From a candidate division WWE3 bacterium (GTDB taxonomy: Bacteria; Patescibacteriota; WWE3; JAPLWK01), in contig JAPLWK010000010.1 of the NCBI GenBank assembly GCA_026396615.1, positions 48,348 to 112,347 of the forward strand: 64,000 nucleotides of DNA. Reading direction: 5' to 3'. The position numbers and the translations under genes were made by a program. The notes below the pieces were generated by a model that did not search any database, had not been told where the DNA came from, and saw only the letters and a list, made by a program, of their open reading frames with translations. This document shows positions 20,209 to 28,418 of this stretch, one piece after another. Positions within the stretch are counted from its first letter, which is position 1; every line of letters starts with the position of its first letter.

Positions 20209-21679
20209 ACCCGTTATTATTAGCTGGATTTTATTTTTAGCAGTTTTTATTGTCGGTGTAACTAGCGTAGTTGCCAACGACAACTTTCAGTTTTTAAGTT
20301 CCATACCTGTAGCTAATGCTAACTTAACTAAAAGTATCGTCTTACAACGGGTATTAAATATTGATAAATATAAAGATGCATCTGGAGTCGATGTAGTTAA
20401 GTTTAAAGGTCACTATTACTCAGCGTATCCGCCTGGTTATAGCTTTTTTGCAGTTCCTTTTTACGGTGTTTTACAGATCTTTAATTATGGTTGGGTTCAC
20501 CTGTTTAAGCCTTTGAATGGTGCAGAATCGAGGTTACTTGAGAGTTTGGCATTGGCACTCCCCTCTATTTTGTCACTTGCTTTAACATCTGTTCTCCTTT
20601 TTAAGTTGCTATACTTTTATAAAAATAAGCTTTGGGTTTCGGCTTTGGCGGCCTGGGCTTTACCATTTACCACATTTTTGCTTGGTTATCTGCCAACGGC
20701 GTTTTTTCATTTACCAGCAGCTTTTTTTCTATTTTTAGGTTTTTATGTACTCGTTACTTCCGAAAAGATAACTATTTTAAGATCGTTTGTAATAGGCCTG
20801 TCATTAGGATTAGTAGCGATAACTGAGTATGTTCCTGCGCTTTGTTTTATTCCCATTTTTTTGGTCTTTATTTATAAATATAGAGACTATAAAAAATCTT
20901 TATTAGTATTATTCGGTTTTCTAGTTGGTTTTTCTATTTTAGGTGCTTATAACTACAAACTTTTTGGAGCCCCTTGGAAATTCGGGGAAAGCTACGCTGC
21001 TACTTCTAATTCTGAAGCAACGTCATTTGGGATTGCCTTTACCGGGAACCCGATTACAGCTTTAAGTGGCAATTATTTATCTCGGATCAAGGGTGTGGTA
21101 ACAAACGCCCCACTTTTCATACTGGCAATCCCTGGTTTTTATTTTTTGCTGAAGCGCCAACGTAAAGATGGCACCTTAGCTTTAGCTGTAGTTTTAGTGG
21201 TTAGTCTTGTTTACGCCTTTTGGCACGATTGGGGTGGTGGTTGGAGTTTAGGGCCACGTTTTTACACAAGTTTGATGCCGTTTTTCTTTACAGCTATTGG
21301 TTTTTTTGTTGAACATTTTTATAGAAATAAGTTTGCTAAAACTTTATTAGCTATAATGTTGGCTATCGGTGTTTTTGTGGCTTTCTGGTCGCTGTCTTTA
21401 GGTCCTAGACTTCTTACACCTAAGGCCGAAGCGAATATAGGTATTGTTGCTACTCAAAGGGCTTCCAGACTTCCATTAATTTTAGAGGAAGGTTTTTCTA
21501 AAAATAATTTAGCCCCATTTATATTTGAAGCGGCTTCTGATTTACCGATAATTAGCAAAATAAATTTTTCAACACTTCTTGCGGGTTATTCTTTCTTAAC
21601 GCTTTTCGTTATAATAGGCTCCTTGCTTTTAATATTAAAAATCGCGAAACCTGATAAGGTTGCGCCCACTATTTTATGA
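20198..21679 (+). CDS. Polytopic membrane protein, GT-C-like candidate; tandem paralog B
   Basis: See 18742..20208. Shared WHDWGGGW and GPRFYT motifs near the C-terminus. Confidence 0.45.
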   Translation: MKNKPVIISWILFLAVFIVGVTSVVANDNFQFLSSIPVANANLTKSIVLQRVLNIDKYKDASGVDVVKFKGHYYSAYPPGYSFFAVPFYGVLQIFNYGWVHLFKPLNGAESRLLESLALALPSILSLALTSVLLFKLLYFYKNKLWVSALAAWALPFTTFLLGYLPTAFFHLPAAFFLFLGFYVLVTSEKITILRSFVIGLSLGLVAITEYVPALCFIPIFLVFIYKYRDYKKSLLVLFGFLVGFSILGAYNYKLFGAPWKFGESYAATSNSEATSFGIAFTGNPITALSGNYLSRIKGVVTNAPLFILAIPGFYFLLKRQRKDGTLALAVVLVVSLVYAFWHDWGGGWSLGPRFYTSLMPFFFTAIGFFVEHFYRNKFAKTLLAIMLAIGVFVAFWSLSLGPRLLTPKAEANIGIVATQRASRLPLILEEGFSKNNLAPFIFEAASDLPIISKINFSTLLAGYSFLTLFVIIGSLLLILKIAKPDKVAPTIL

Positions 21680-23127
21680 CTAAGGATTTACTAAAGTGGC
21701 AATCAATTAGCGTCGCATCGCGGTTTTTTTCTGTGGGGGTGGGGATTGCTCAAAGCATAATTTTGACGCGGTGGATTTTGTCGGTTGAAGAGTTTGGATT
21801 GATTGGCGTCATCGGGGCTGTGGGAGCGATGCTGGGAGTTTTTCAGCATTTAGGTTTGGCTTCTGGCACTACTCGCGAATTAGCTTACCGAGGCGAAAAA
21901 GATGCTTCTAAAGTTTTCATTTCATCACTGATTGCTCGTTACGCCATTTCATTACCACTGGCGATCGGACTTTTCATTTTCGCTGGTCGAATCGCAGCTG
22001 GATATCATCACATCGAAATGGCTGGTCCACTACAAATCTACGCAGTCATTTTACTACTTCAAGCCAGTCAAGATGTCTGTGGCTCAGTGCTTCAAGGTCT
22101 ACAGCGTTTTAAACATTTATTTTTATTTCAAGCATTTCTAGCAATTCTCAGCTTTTGCTTGTATGTTCCCTTAAGTCACTTCTTTAAATTCAACGGTTAC
22201 TTTCTAGCTTTGTCACTCGTCACTTTAGTTTCCGTTGTTGTTATGTGGGTTCTCGTCATTAAATCACTGCGATCTACTTGGAAATTCCCAACGAAGGCTG
22301 AGGTCATTCCTATTTTAAAAGATGTTTTTGCAGTTGGCTTGTCTATCTACATCGTTAAAATAATCTTCACGAACTGGGAAAATTTAGGAACAGTCTTTTT
22401 AGGTACGCAAGTTTCCTTAATTTCGATTGGTTTTTTTACTTACGCCATGGGCTATGCGTTTAAACTAATGACAGTGTCTGATGCTTTAACAGATGTAAAC
22501 CTTTCAGTTATGACCAAGCTTTACAAAGAAGAGCGGGATACTTTTAAACAGGTCTTTATGGAAAATTTTAATAAGATTTATTCTTTTGTGTGGCTCGCGG
22601 CGTTGACAGCGATTTTTTGGGCGCCACAAATCTTCTTTATTTTCGTTAAACATAAGTACGATTCATCTCTTCCGTACATTCTACCGTTGACGCTAGCAGT
22701 TTGGTTCTACTCATACATCAACTATTTAGGGGCGAGTATTATCGTTCCGGCAAAAAAAGTTATTCAGATGATTATTTACTATGTGGTCATGATTGCTAGT
22801 ACCGTGGGCTTTTATTTTATGGCTGGAGGCTTTATAAATGATAAAATATTGCTGATGTCTATTGCAATGGCTGTGGGGTCGGGGTTAGCGCTTATTTATC
22901 AAGTCGCAGTGATTCGTCACCATATCGGTTTTTGGGTCGTCAATAAAACAGTAATGTTAGTTACTTTGCCTTTATTACCGCTATTTATTCCTAGTCTGAC
23001 TGCGTCTGGCTTAACCACCAAAATATTGCTATCTGCTATTTGTTATTCGCTTTTTTTCATAGTCGTTGTCAAGCAAAACGTCGTCACTAAAGCGCAAATA
23101 AACAAACTGTTGCGGAGGTCGGCATGA
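21676..23127 (+). CDS. Wzx-like polysaccharide/oligosaccharide flippase (MOP superfamily)
   Basis: About 14 predicted TM helices, an N-terminal basic stretch followed by TM1 (ASRFFSVGVGIAQSIILTRWIL), and a size typical of Wzx. Confidence 0.6.
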   Translation: MTKDLLKWQSISVASRFFSVGVGIAQSIILTRWILSVEEFGLIGVIGAVGAMLGVFQHLGLASGTTRELAYRGEKDASKVFISSLIARYAISLPLAIGLFIFAGRIAAGYHHIEMAGPLQIYAVILLLQASQDVCGSVLQGLQRFKHLFLFQAFLAILSFCLYVPLSHFFKFNGYFLALSLVTLVSVVVMWVLVIKSLRSTWKFPTKAEVIPILKDVFAVGLSIYIVKIIFTNWENLGTVFLGTQVSLISIGFFTYAMGYAFKLMTVSDALTDVNLSVMTKLYKEERDTFKQVFMENFNKIYSFVWLAALTAIFWAPQIFFIFVKHKYDSSLPYILPLTLAVWFYSYINYLGASIIVPAKKVIQMIIYYVVMIASTVGFYFMAGGFINDKILLMSIAMAVGSGLALIYQVAVIRHHIGFWVVNKTVMLVTLPLLPLFIPSLTASGLTTKILLSAICYSLFFIVVVKQNVVTKAQINKLLRRSA

Positions 23128-25145
23128 AAATACTCATGATCGCTCCGACGCCATATTTTTCAGATAGAGGCTGTCATGTTCGAATATACGAGGAAGCAGA
23201 AGCTCTTAAACGAGCTGGGCACGAAGTGGTTATTACGACTTACCATTTAGGACGCGATCTTGGTGATTTTAAGATACTGCGGACGCCAAAAATACCCTGG
23301 TACAAAAAGACGGCTGCCGGGGCTTCTTGGCACAAGTTTTATTTAGACTTTTTTCTACTTCTGCTAACCGCCAAAACTCTAATTACTTTCAAGCCGGATA
23401 TTATTCACGCCCATTTGCATGAAGGAGCCTTTATCGCCATGATCCTGCGGCGATTCTTTAAACGACCAATTGTATTTGATTATCAAGGCAGCTTGTCTTC
23501 TGAATCTGTAGACCATCACTTCGTAAAGCCAAACAATCCTATTCTGAAGTTGGCGAAGTTTATGGAACAAAAAGTAAATGAGGGCGCGGAGTTTGTGATC
23601 ACCAGCGCGCCGAGGAATCTCAAAGTTGCTCATTTGGAAACTGTTTGTGACGGGGTTGATACCAACATCCTCAAGCCAGATTTATCAAGACATAAGCCTC
23701 AAACATTTGTTTATTTGGGCTTACTTGGTGAATATCAGGGCACTGATTTAATGTTACAAGCATTCGCAATCGTCATCGAGAAATTCCCGCAAGCACAGTT
23801 AATAATTGGTGGTTTTCCAAAGATCGAGTACTACAAAGATATGTCAAAGAAGTTAGGTATTGGGTCACAAGTTGAATTTGTGGGCGCGGTCGACTACTCA
23901 AAAATCGGGGACTTTTTAAACCGTGGTCAATTTGCTATCGCGCCTAAAGTTTCTACAACAGAAGCCAATCAGAAGATGCTAACTTACATGGCTTGCGGTT
24001 TACCGGTTGTGGCCTTTAATACTGAGATTAACGCTAAGATGCTAGGGTCCACGGAACTGCTAGCAACGCTTGGTGATGCTGAATCCTTGGCAAGCAGGAT
24101 GATCTTTTTGTTAACCCAAAGTCTGGAGCAAATTCTATTTTTAGGTGAAGCTAATAGAGTCCAGGCGGAAGAGAAGTTTAGCTGGGAAAGAACCGGTGAG
24201 AAAATTTTAGAAGTTTATAAAAAAGCTATTGAAGTATTCACGCAAAAGAAGTTAGCTCCAAAAACCGTCATCCAGAAATTTTTGGGTTTCCTGCCGAAAC
24301 TCTTAATATCTGGGGCACTTCTTCTTTGGGTGTTTCATAAATTCGATTTCAAATCTGCCCTCATCGCCGTTAAGGCCGCTAATATTTGGATTTTATTAAT
24401 TATTTTGTTATTAGTGGTCTTAAAAAATGTTTTCAGCAGCCTACGCTGGCAGGTGCTTCTGGCGGCACGCGGTCCTAAAGTGCCGTTCTTAATTTTGCTT
24501 AAGCTCTATTTTATTGGCGTCTTTTTTAACAATTTTATGCCAAGTAGCGTTGGCGGTGACATTGTTAAAGCTTATAAACTCTCAAAGTACACCGACCAGG
24601 CTTTTGACAGTTCTATTTCGGTGGTCATGGAGCGAGCGACCGGTCTCTTCGTTTTGATATTTATTGGTTTCACCGCACAGATGTTTGTTTATAAATTAAT
24701 CGGAGTGGCTATCTTTGTTGGTTTCCTGATTGCCTGCGGGATCGGTCTTTTGATAGGTGACAAAGTTTCTAAGATTCATCCTAAAATCAGAAAACTGTGG
24801 TTAGCATTCATTTTTTATAAAGACCGTCCCAAGGCTCTTGCTGCGGCTATCGGCTTATCGTTCCTAATTCAGGGACTTTCAATGGCGTTTCAATACCTAA
24901 CCTTTTCAGCTCTGGGTTATCATTTACCTTTTTGGCAGGCGATGGTGGTTTTCCCAGTCACTAATTTCGTTACCTTCTTGTCGTTGCTTCCTAATGGTTG
25001 GGGAGCGCAAGAGGCTTTGTATGCACTGTTATTCGGTCTAATTGGCATCAATAAGACTATCTCTGTTACTGTCTCGTTAGTTGGCCGTTTAGTCACACTC
25101 CTCGTCGCCCTACTGGGAGGTTTAATCTATGCCACAGAAAAATAG
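23124..25145 (+). CDS. Fusion: N-terminal GT1 (GT4-like) glycosyltransferase plus C-terminal flippase-like LPG_synthase_TM (UPF0104) membrane domain
   Basis: Residues 1-370 read as a GT1 Rossmann pair (KILMIAPTPYFSDRGCHVRIYEEAEALKRAGHEV ... YMACGLPVVAF). Residues 380-673 carry 7-8 TM helices with the UPF0104-type pattern (LRWQVLLAARG ... MPSSVGGDIVKAYKL). Confidence 0.6.
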   Translation: MKILMIAPTPYFSDRGCHVRIYEEAEALKRAGHEVVITTYHLGRDLGDFKILRTPKIPWYKKTAAGASWHKFYLDFFLLLLTAKTLITFKPDIIHAHLHEGAFIAMILRRFFKRPIVFDYQGSLSSESVDHHFVKPNNPILKLAKFMEQKVNEGAEFVITSAPRNLKVAHLETVCDGVDTNILKPDLSRHKPQTFVYLGLLGEYQGTDLMLQAFAIVIEKFPQAQLIIGGFPKIEYYKDMSKKLGIGSQVEFVGAVDYSKIGDFLNRGQFAIAPKVSTTEANQKMLTYMACGLPVVAFNTEINAKMLGSTELLATLGDAESLASRMIFLLTQSLEQILFLGEANRVQAEEKFSWERTGEKILEVYKKAIEVFTQKKLAPKTVIQKFLGFLPKLLISGALLLWVFHKFDFKSALIAVKAANIWILLIILLLVVLKNVFSSLRWQVLLAARGPKVPFLILLKLYFIGVFFNNFMPSSVGGDIVKAYKLSKYTDQAFDSSISVVMERATGLFVLIFIGFTAQMFVYKLIGVAIFVGFLIACGIGLLIGDKVSKIHPKIRKLWLAFIFYKDRPKALAAAIGLSFLIQGLSMAFQYLTFSALGYHLPFWQAMVVFPVTNFVTFLSLLPNGWGAQEALYALLFGLIGINKTISVTVSLVGRLVTLLVALLGGLIYATEK

Positions 25146-26817
25146 ATATGTTTACATATTACTTATAGTTTGTGTCGTTATTTCCGGATTGATTCTCGGA
25201 GGGCTTTTGCTTAGAGCTTTTACTGGTTTAGTCCCTTCGGATTTTTATTGCTACTACTATATTCCAAAGGCGGTTTTAAACTTAGTACGTCGGGAACACC
25301 CTTACATTAACTACGCTCCAATATTCCCCTACTTTTTCCCTCCAGCATCCATACTTCTTTTTAAACCATTAATCCTGCTTCCGATGTACCTAGCAAAAAT
25401 TGTTTGGTCACTAACAAACGCAAGTTTGATGATAACGTCAGCAATACTTGTTTCCAAGGTTTTTAAAAGGCTGTGGCTGTGGCCGATTTTGGTTTTTTTA
25501 GCTGTAATCTATTATCCTTTTCAATTTACGCTTACGGAGGGCCAGTTTAATATCATCCTTTTATTTGTTTATACTTTTGGGCTCTGGGTTTTAGTCAAAT
25601 GGAATCGAGTTTTGGGTAGTACTGTCGGAGGGGTGCTTTTAGCGATTGGTACGATAACTAAAGTTAGCCCACTGCTCATCATCGCCTATGCGTTTTGGAA
25701 AAAGCGTTGGCTGCTGTTAGTAGTTTCTCTTTTTACTGTAGTGGCGCTTTGCGGATTGGCAGAAATATATGTTAAATCCGGAATTAATAATTACTATTTG
25801 CATAACGTTTTAAAATATGTGTCTGATCAGGCAGCAACTCCTAGTTGGCGTGATCAATCGCTTCTCGGGTTTATTAAACGCTTTGATTTGCACATGGATG
25901 AATTTCATATCGCTGGTCACACTATCACCGAAAGTCGTGCTAGGAGTTTAATTTCATATGGGATTATTGGACTACTGATCGCGATTTTCCTAGGACTCGA
26001 TCTACGTCGTAAAAAAGGTGACTTGGACGTTGTTATTAGCTGCCTTTTCTTAACTACCATCGGAGTTCTAGGCACTGGGCTGGCTTGGTACCATCAATAT
26101 ACAATGCTTCTCCTACCGATTTGGGGACTGCTGCTTTTTAGCCTTTTTACTCTACGTAAACCTTATAACTATCTATGCTTGCTTATTTCAGTAATAACCT
26201 ACATTTTAACCTGTGCCAATTTAGAGGGTCGGTTTCTTGGCTTGTTACAGCCAAATATGTTTTATGGAGGGGTGATTTTAACGATATTTCTTCTTATCCT
26301 TAAAGGAAATCAACATTGGTTTAAAGCCGTCACCGCTAACGTTCCGGTTTTTAAAGTAAAAACAAGCCTATTAGTTGTTTTAGGGTTTATTCTAATAATA
26401 AGTGTACTTGTCGGTATTGGGCTTCCCAGGCTCGATCAAAAATTGAAAGAAGCCCGAGATGTTGACCGTCTGGTCGAAATTAATTACATGGGAAATATGC
26501 TCACCAACCATCAAGTAGAGTTTAAAATCGGATACTCTAACAGCATCCTCCGATCGGAAAAGCTTGATGAAGGCTACATTTTATTTGAAAAAGATCAGCA
26601 CATTAAAGTTCGCAGCGAGATCGCAATACTTTTTTTAGATCCAATTAATAACCACGATTATAATTATCAGTTTTCGTCTGCAGATGGTCATGAATTTAAA
26701 CTTTGGACCCATTTAGAAAGCGTAAAATACATCAGTATTTTTGGGAAATACTATTACTATAATCCTGACTCGCAAAGCCCTGGTCAATCTCTTATTCCAC
26801 AAATTGGAAACCTATGA
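25129..26817 (+). CDS. Polytopic membrane protein, DUF2029/GT87-like
   Basis: Multi-TM N-terminal domain with a TITKVSPLLIIAYAFWKKRW motif resembling GT87/DUF2029, plus a C-terminal soluble domain. Confidence 0.4.
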   Translation: MPQKNRYVYILLIVCVVISGLILGGLLLRAFTGLVPSDFYCYYYIPKAVLNLVRREHPYINYAPIFPYFFPPASILLFKPLILLPMYLAKIVWSLTNASLMITSAILVSKVFKRLWLWPILVFLAVIYYPFQFTLTEGQFNIILLFVYTFGLWVLVKWNRVLGSTVGGVLLAIGTITKVSPLLIIAYAFWKKRWLLLVVSLFTVVALCGLAEIYVKSGINNYYLHNVLKYVSDQAATPSWRDQSLLGFIKRFDLHMDEFHIAGHTITESRARSLISYGIIGLLIAIFLGLDLRRKKGDLDVVISCLFLTTIGVLGTGLAWYHQYTMLLLPIWGLLLFSLFTLRKPYNYLCLLISVITYILTCANLEGRFLGLLQPNMFYGGVILTIFLLILKGNQHWFKAVTANVPVFKVKTSLLVVLGFILIISVLVGIGLPRLDQKLKEARDVDRLVEINYMGNMLTNHQVEFKIGYSNSILRSEKLDEGYILFEKDQHIKVRSEIAILFLDPINNHDYNYQFSSADGHEFKLWTHLESVKYISIFGKYYYYNPDSQSPGQSLIPQIGNL

Positions 26818-28418
26818 AGTATTTACAGCCTTCTCGTAATTTAAGTTTATTTATCGCGGCAGCGTTTGTGTTTCTGGTAGCCTTCGGAGTTAGATTTTAC
26901 AACTGGCAAATTGAGGGAATAAATCCGGATGAACCCACCTGGCAACAACGGATCGAAAACTTTTCACTAGCTATTAAGAATCATGAATGGCAATACACTT
27001 TTCAATCACTGCACCCCGCTGTCACTCTAGATTGGCTCTCTTATATTGGTCGAGCTTCCTCAGGATTTAACTATATCCCACAGTATCACTATCCTTTCGA
27101 CACGTCCGACAACACCCCTGGTTTTACGGGTGATGACAGCCCGGCTCGCGGCTTTAAAGACCCTTTAGTATTTTGGACGGTTCACTCGTCTGAAGTTAAC
27201 GTTCTTATTTTGGTTAATGCTGCCGCCTGTTTAATGGTGTTTCTATTACTTTCGAAACTTGTTGATCGGAAAGCGGCTTTTTTGTCCGCACTACTAGTGT
27301 GTTTGGATTTTTATTACATCGCCTCCTCGCGGGTTATTCAGATGGATTCACTGCTAGCCTCGTTTGTGATACTAACGGCTTTGTGTGCGATTTTGTTTTT
27401 TAAATCAAAGAAAAGACTTTATTTGATACTTGCGGCTTTGTTCTCTGGATTAACAGTTCTAACAAAAGTAAATGGTGTACTAGTCTGCGGATTTACTTTA
27501 TTTGTTATAGCGACGCCATTTATTATCGATTTACTCAAAACCCGTCGATTAAAAACACAACTACTCCTTACTACGATTATTAATTTGGCCTTATACGGTG
27601 TGCTTTCTTTGACAGTGTTTTTTGTACTTTACCCAGCAATGTGGGTCCAGCCGATTCTAACGCTAAAAGATTTGGCGTACGGAATTTTTAACCGTGGTCT
27701 ACTTGAGGGTGGGGAATCAGTAGGTGGTACCTTCTTCTTGGGACGGGTGAGTAGTAACCCTGGTTTTGCTTACTATCCACTAATATTGTTAATTCGTTCC
27801 AATCCTTTATCGTTGGTTGCATTTGTAGCTGGTATTACAGCGGCCTTTATAAATACAATTAAAACCAAGAAAATTTCTACACATACTGGACTTACTATAT
27901 TATTTTTAATATTTTTTGTTATCTATTTAATTGGGATGTCTGCTGTTGCTAAAAAAAGTGAACGCTACATAATGCCAATATTCTTGCTTTTTGACATTTA
28001 CGCGGGGTTATTTTTGTACCAACTTCTTAAGAAAGTAGAAGTTAAATTCATAAATAAAGCCAAATTATATTTGATTATTATTCTAGTATTTTTTGGCCAG
28101 TTTATACTGGAGTTGTGCCCATTAAGTTGGCATTATGGGAGTTACTATAATCCACTGATCGGCGGAGCTAAAGTAGCGCAGCGTCTAACTACAACTGGGT
28201 GGGGTGAGGGGTTATTGGAAGTTGCAGATTACATAAATAGTGTCCCGAATTCCAAAAAAATGAGAATATCTACATGTTATAGTTATATCAACCAGATCCA
28301 AAGAAAACAGGATTTAGGCTTGTGGGAAGAGTATCAGCACTTAAAACCGCTTAAAACTGTTACAATTAACGGTATTGCATATGCGTATATCTACCAGGGT
28401 TTACACCCTCTCAAATAA
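26814..28418 (+). CDS. ArnT/PMT-like GT-C membrane glycosyltransferase-like protein
   Basis: PDEPTW acidic motif in the first loop. Polytopic. Extracytoplasmic C-terminal domain. Confidence 0.55.
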   Translation: MKYLQPSRNLSLFIAAAFVFLVAFGVRFYNWQIEGINPDEPTWQQRIENFSLAIKNHEWQYTFQSLHPAVTLDWLSYIGRASSGFNYIPQYHYPFDTSDNTPGFTGDDSPARGFKDPLVFWTVHSSEVNVLILVNAAACLMVFLLLSKLVDRKAAFLSALLVCLDFYYIASSRVIQMDSLLASFVILTALCAILFFKSKKRLYLILAALFSGLTVLTKVNGVLVCGFTLFVIATPFIIDLLKTRRLKTQLLLTTIINLALYGVLSLTVFFVLYPAMWVQPILTLKDLAYGIFNRGLLEGGESVGGTFFLGRVSSNPGFAYYPLILLIRSNPLSLVAFVAGITAAFINTIKTKKISTHTGLTILFLIFFVIYLIGMSAVAKKSERYIMPIFLLFDIYAGLFLYQLLKKVEVKFINKAKLYLIIILVFFGQFILELCPLSWHYGSYYNPLIGGAKVAQRLTTTGWGEGLLEVADYINSVPNSKKMRISTCYSYINQIQRKQDLGLWEEYQHLKPLKTVTINGIAYAYIYQGLHPLK

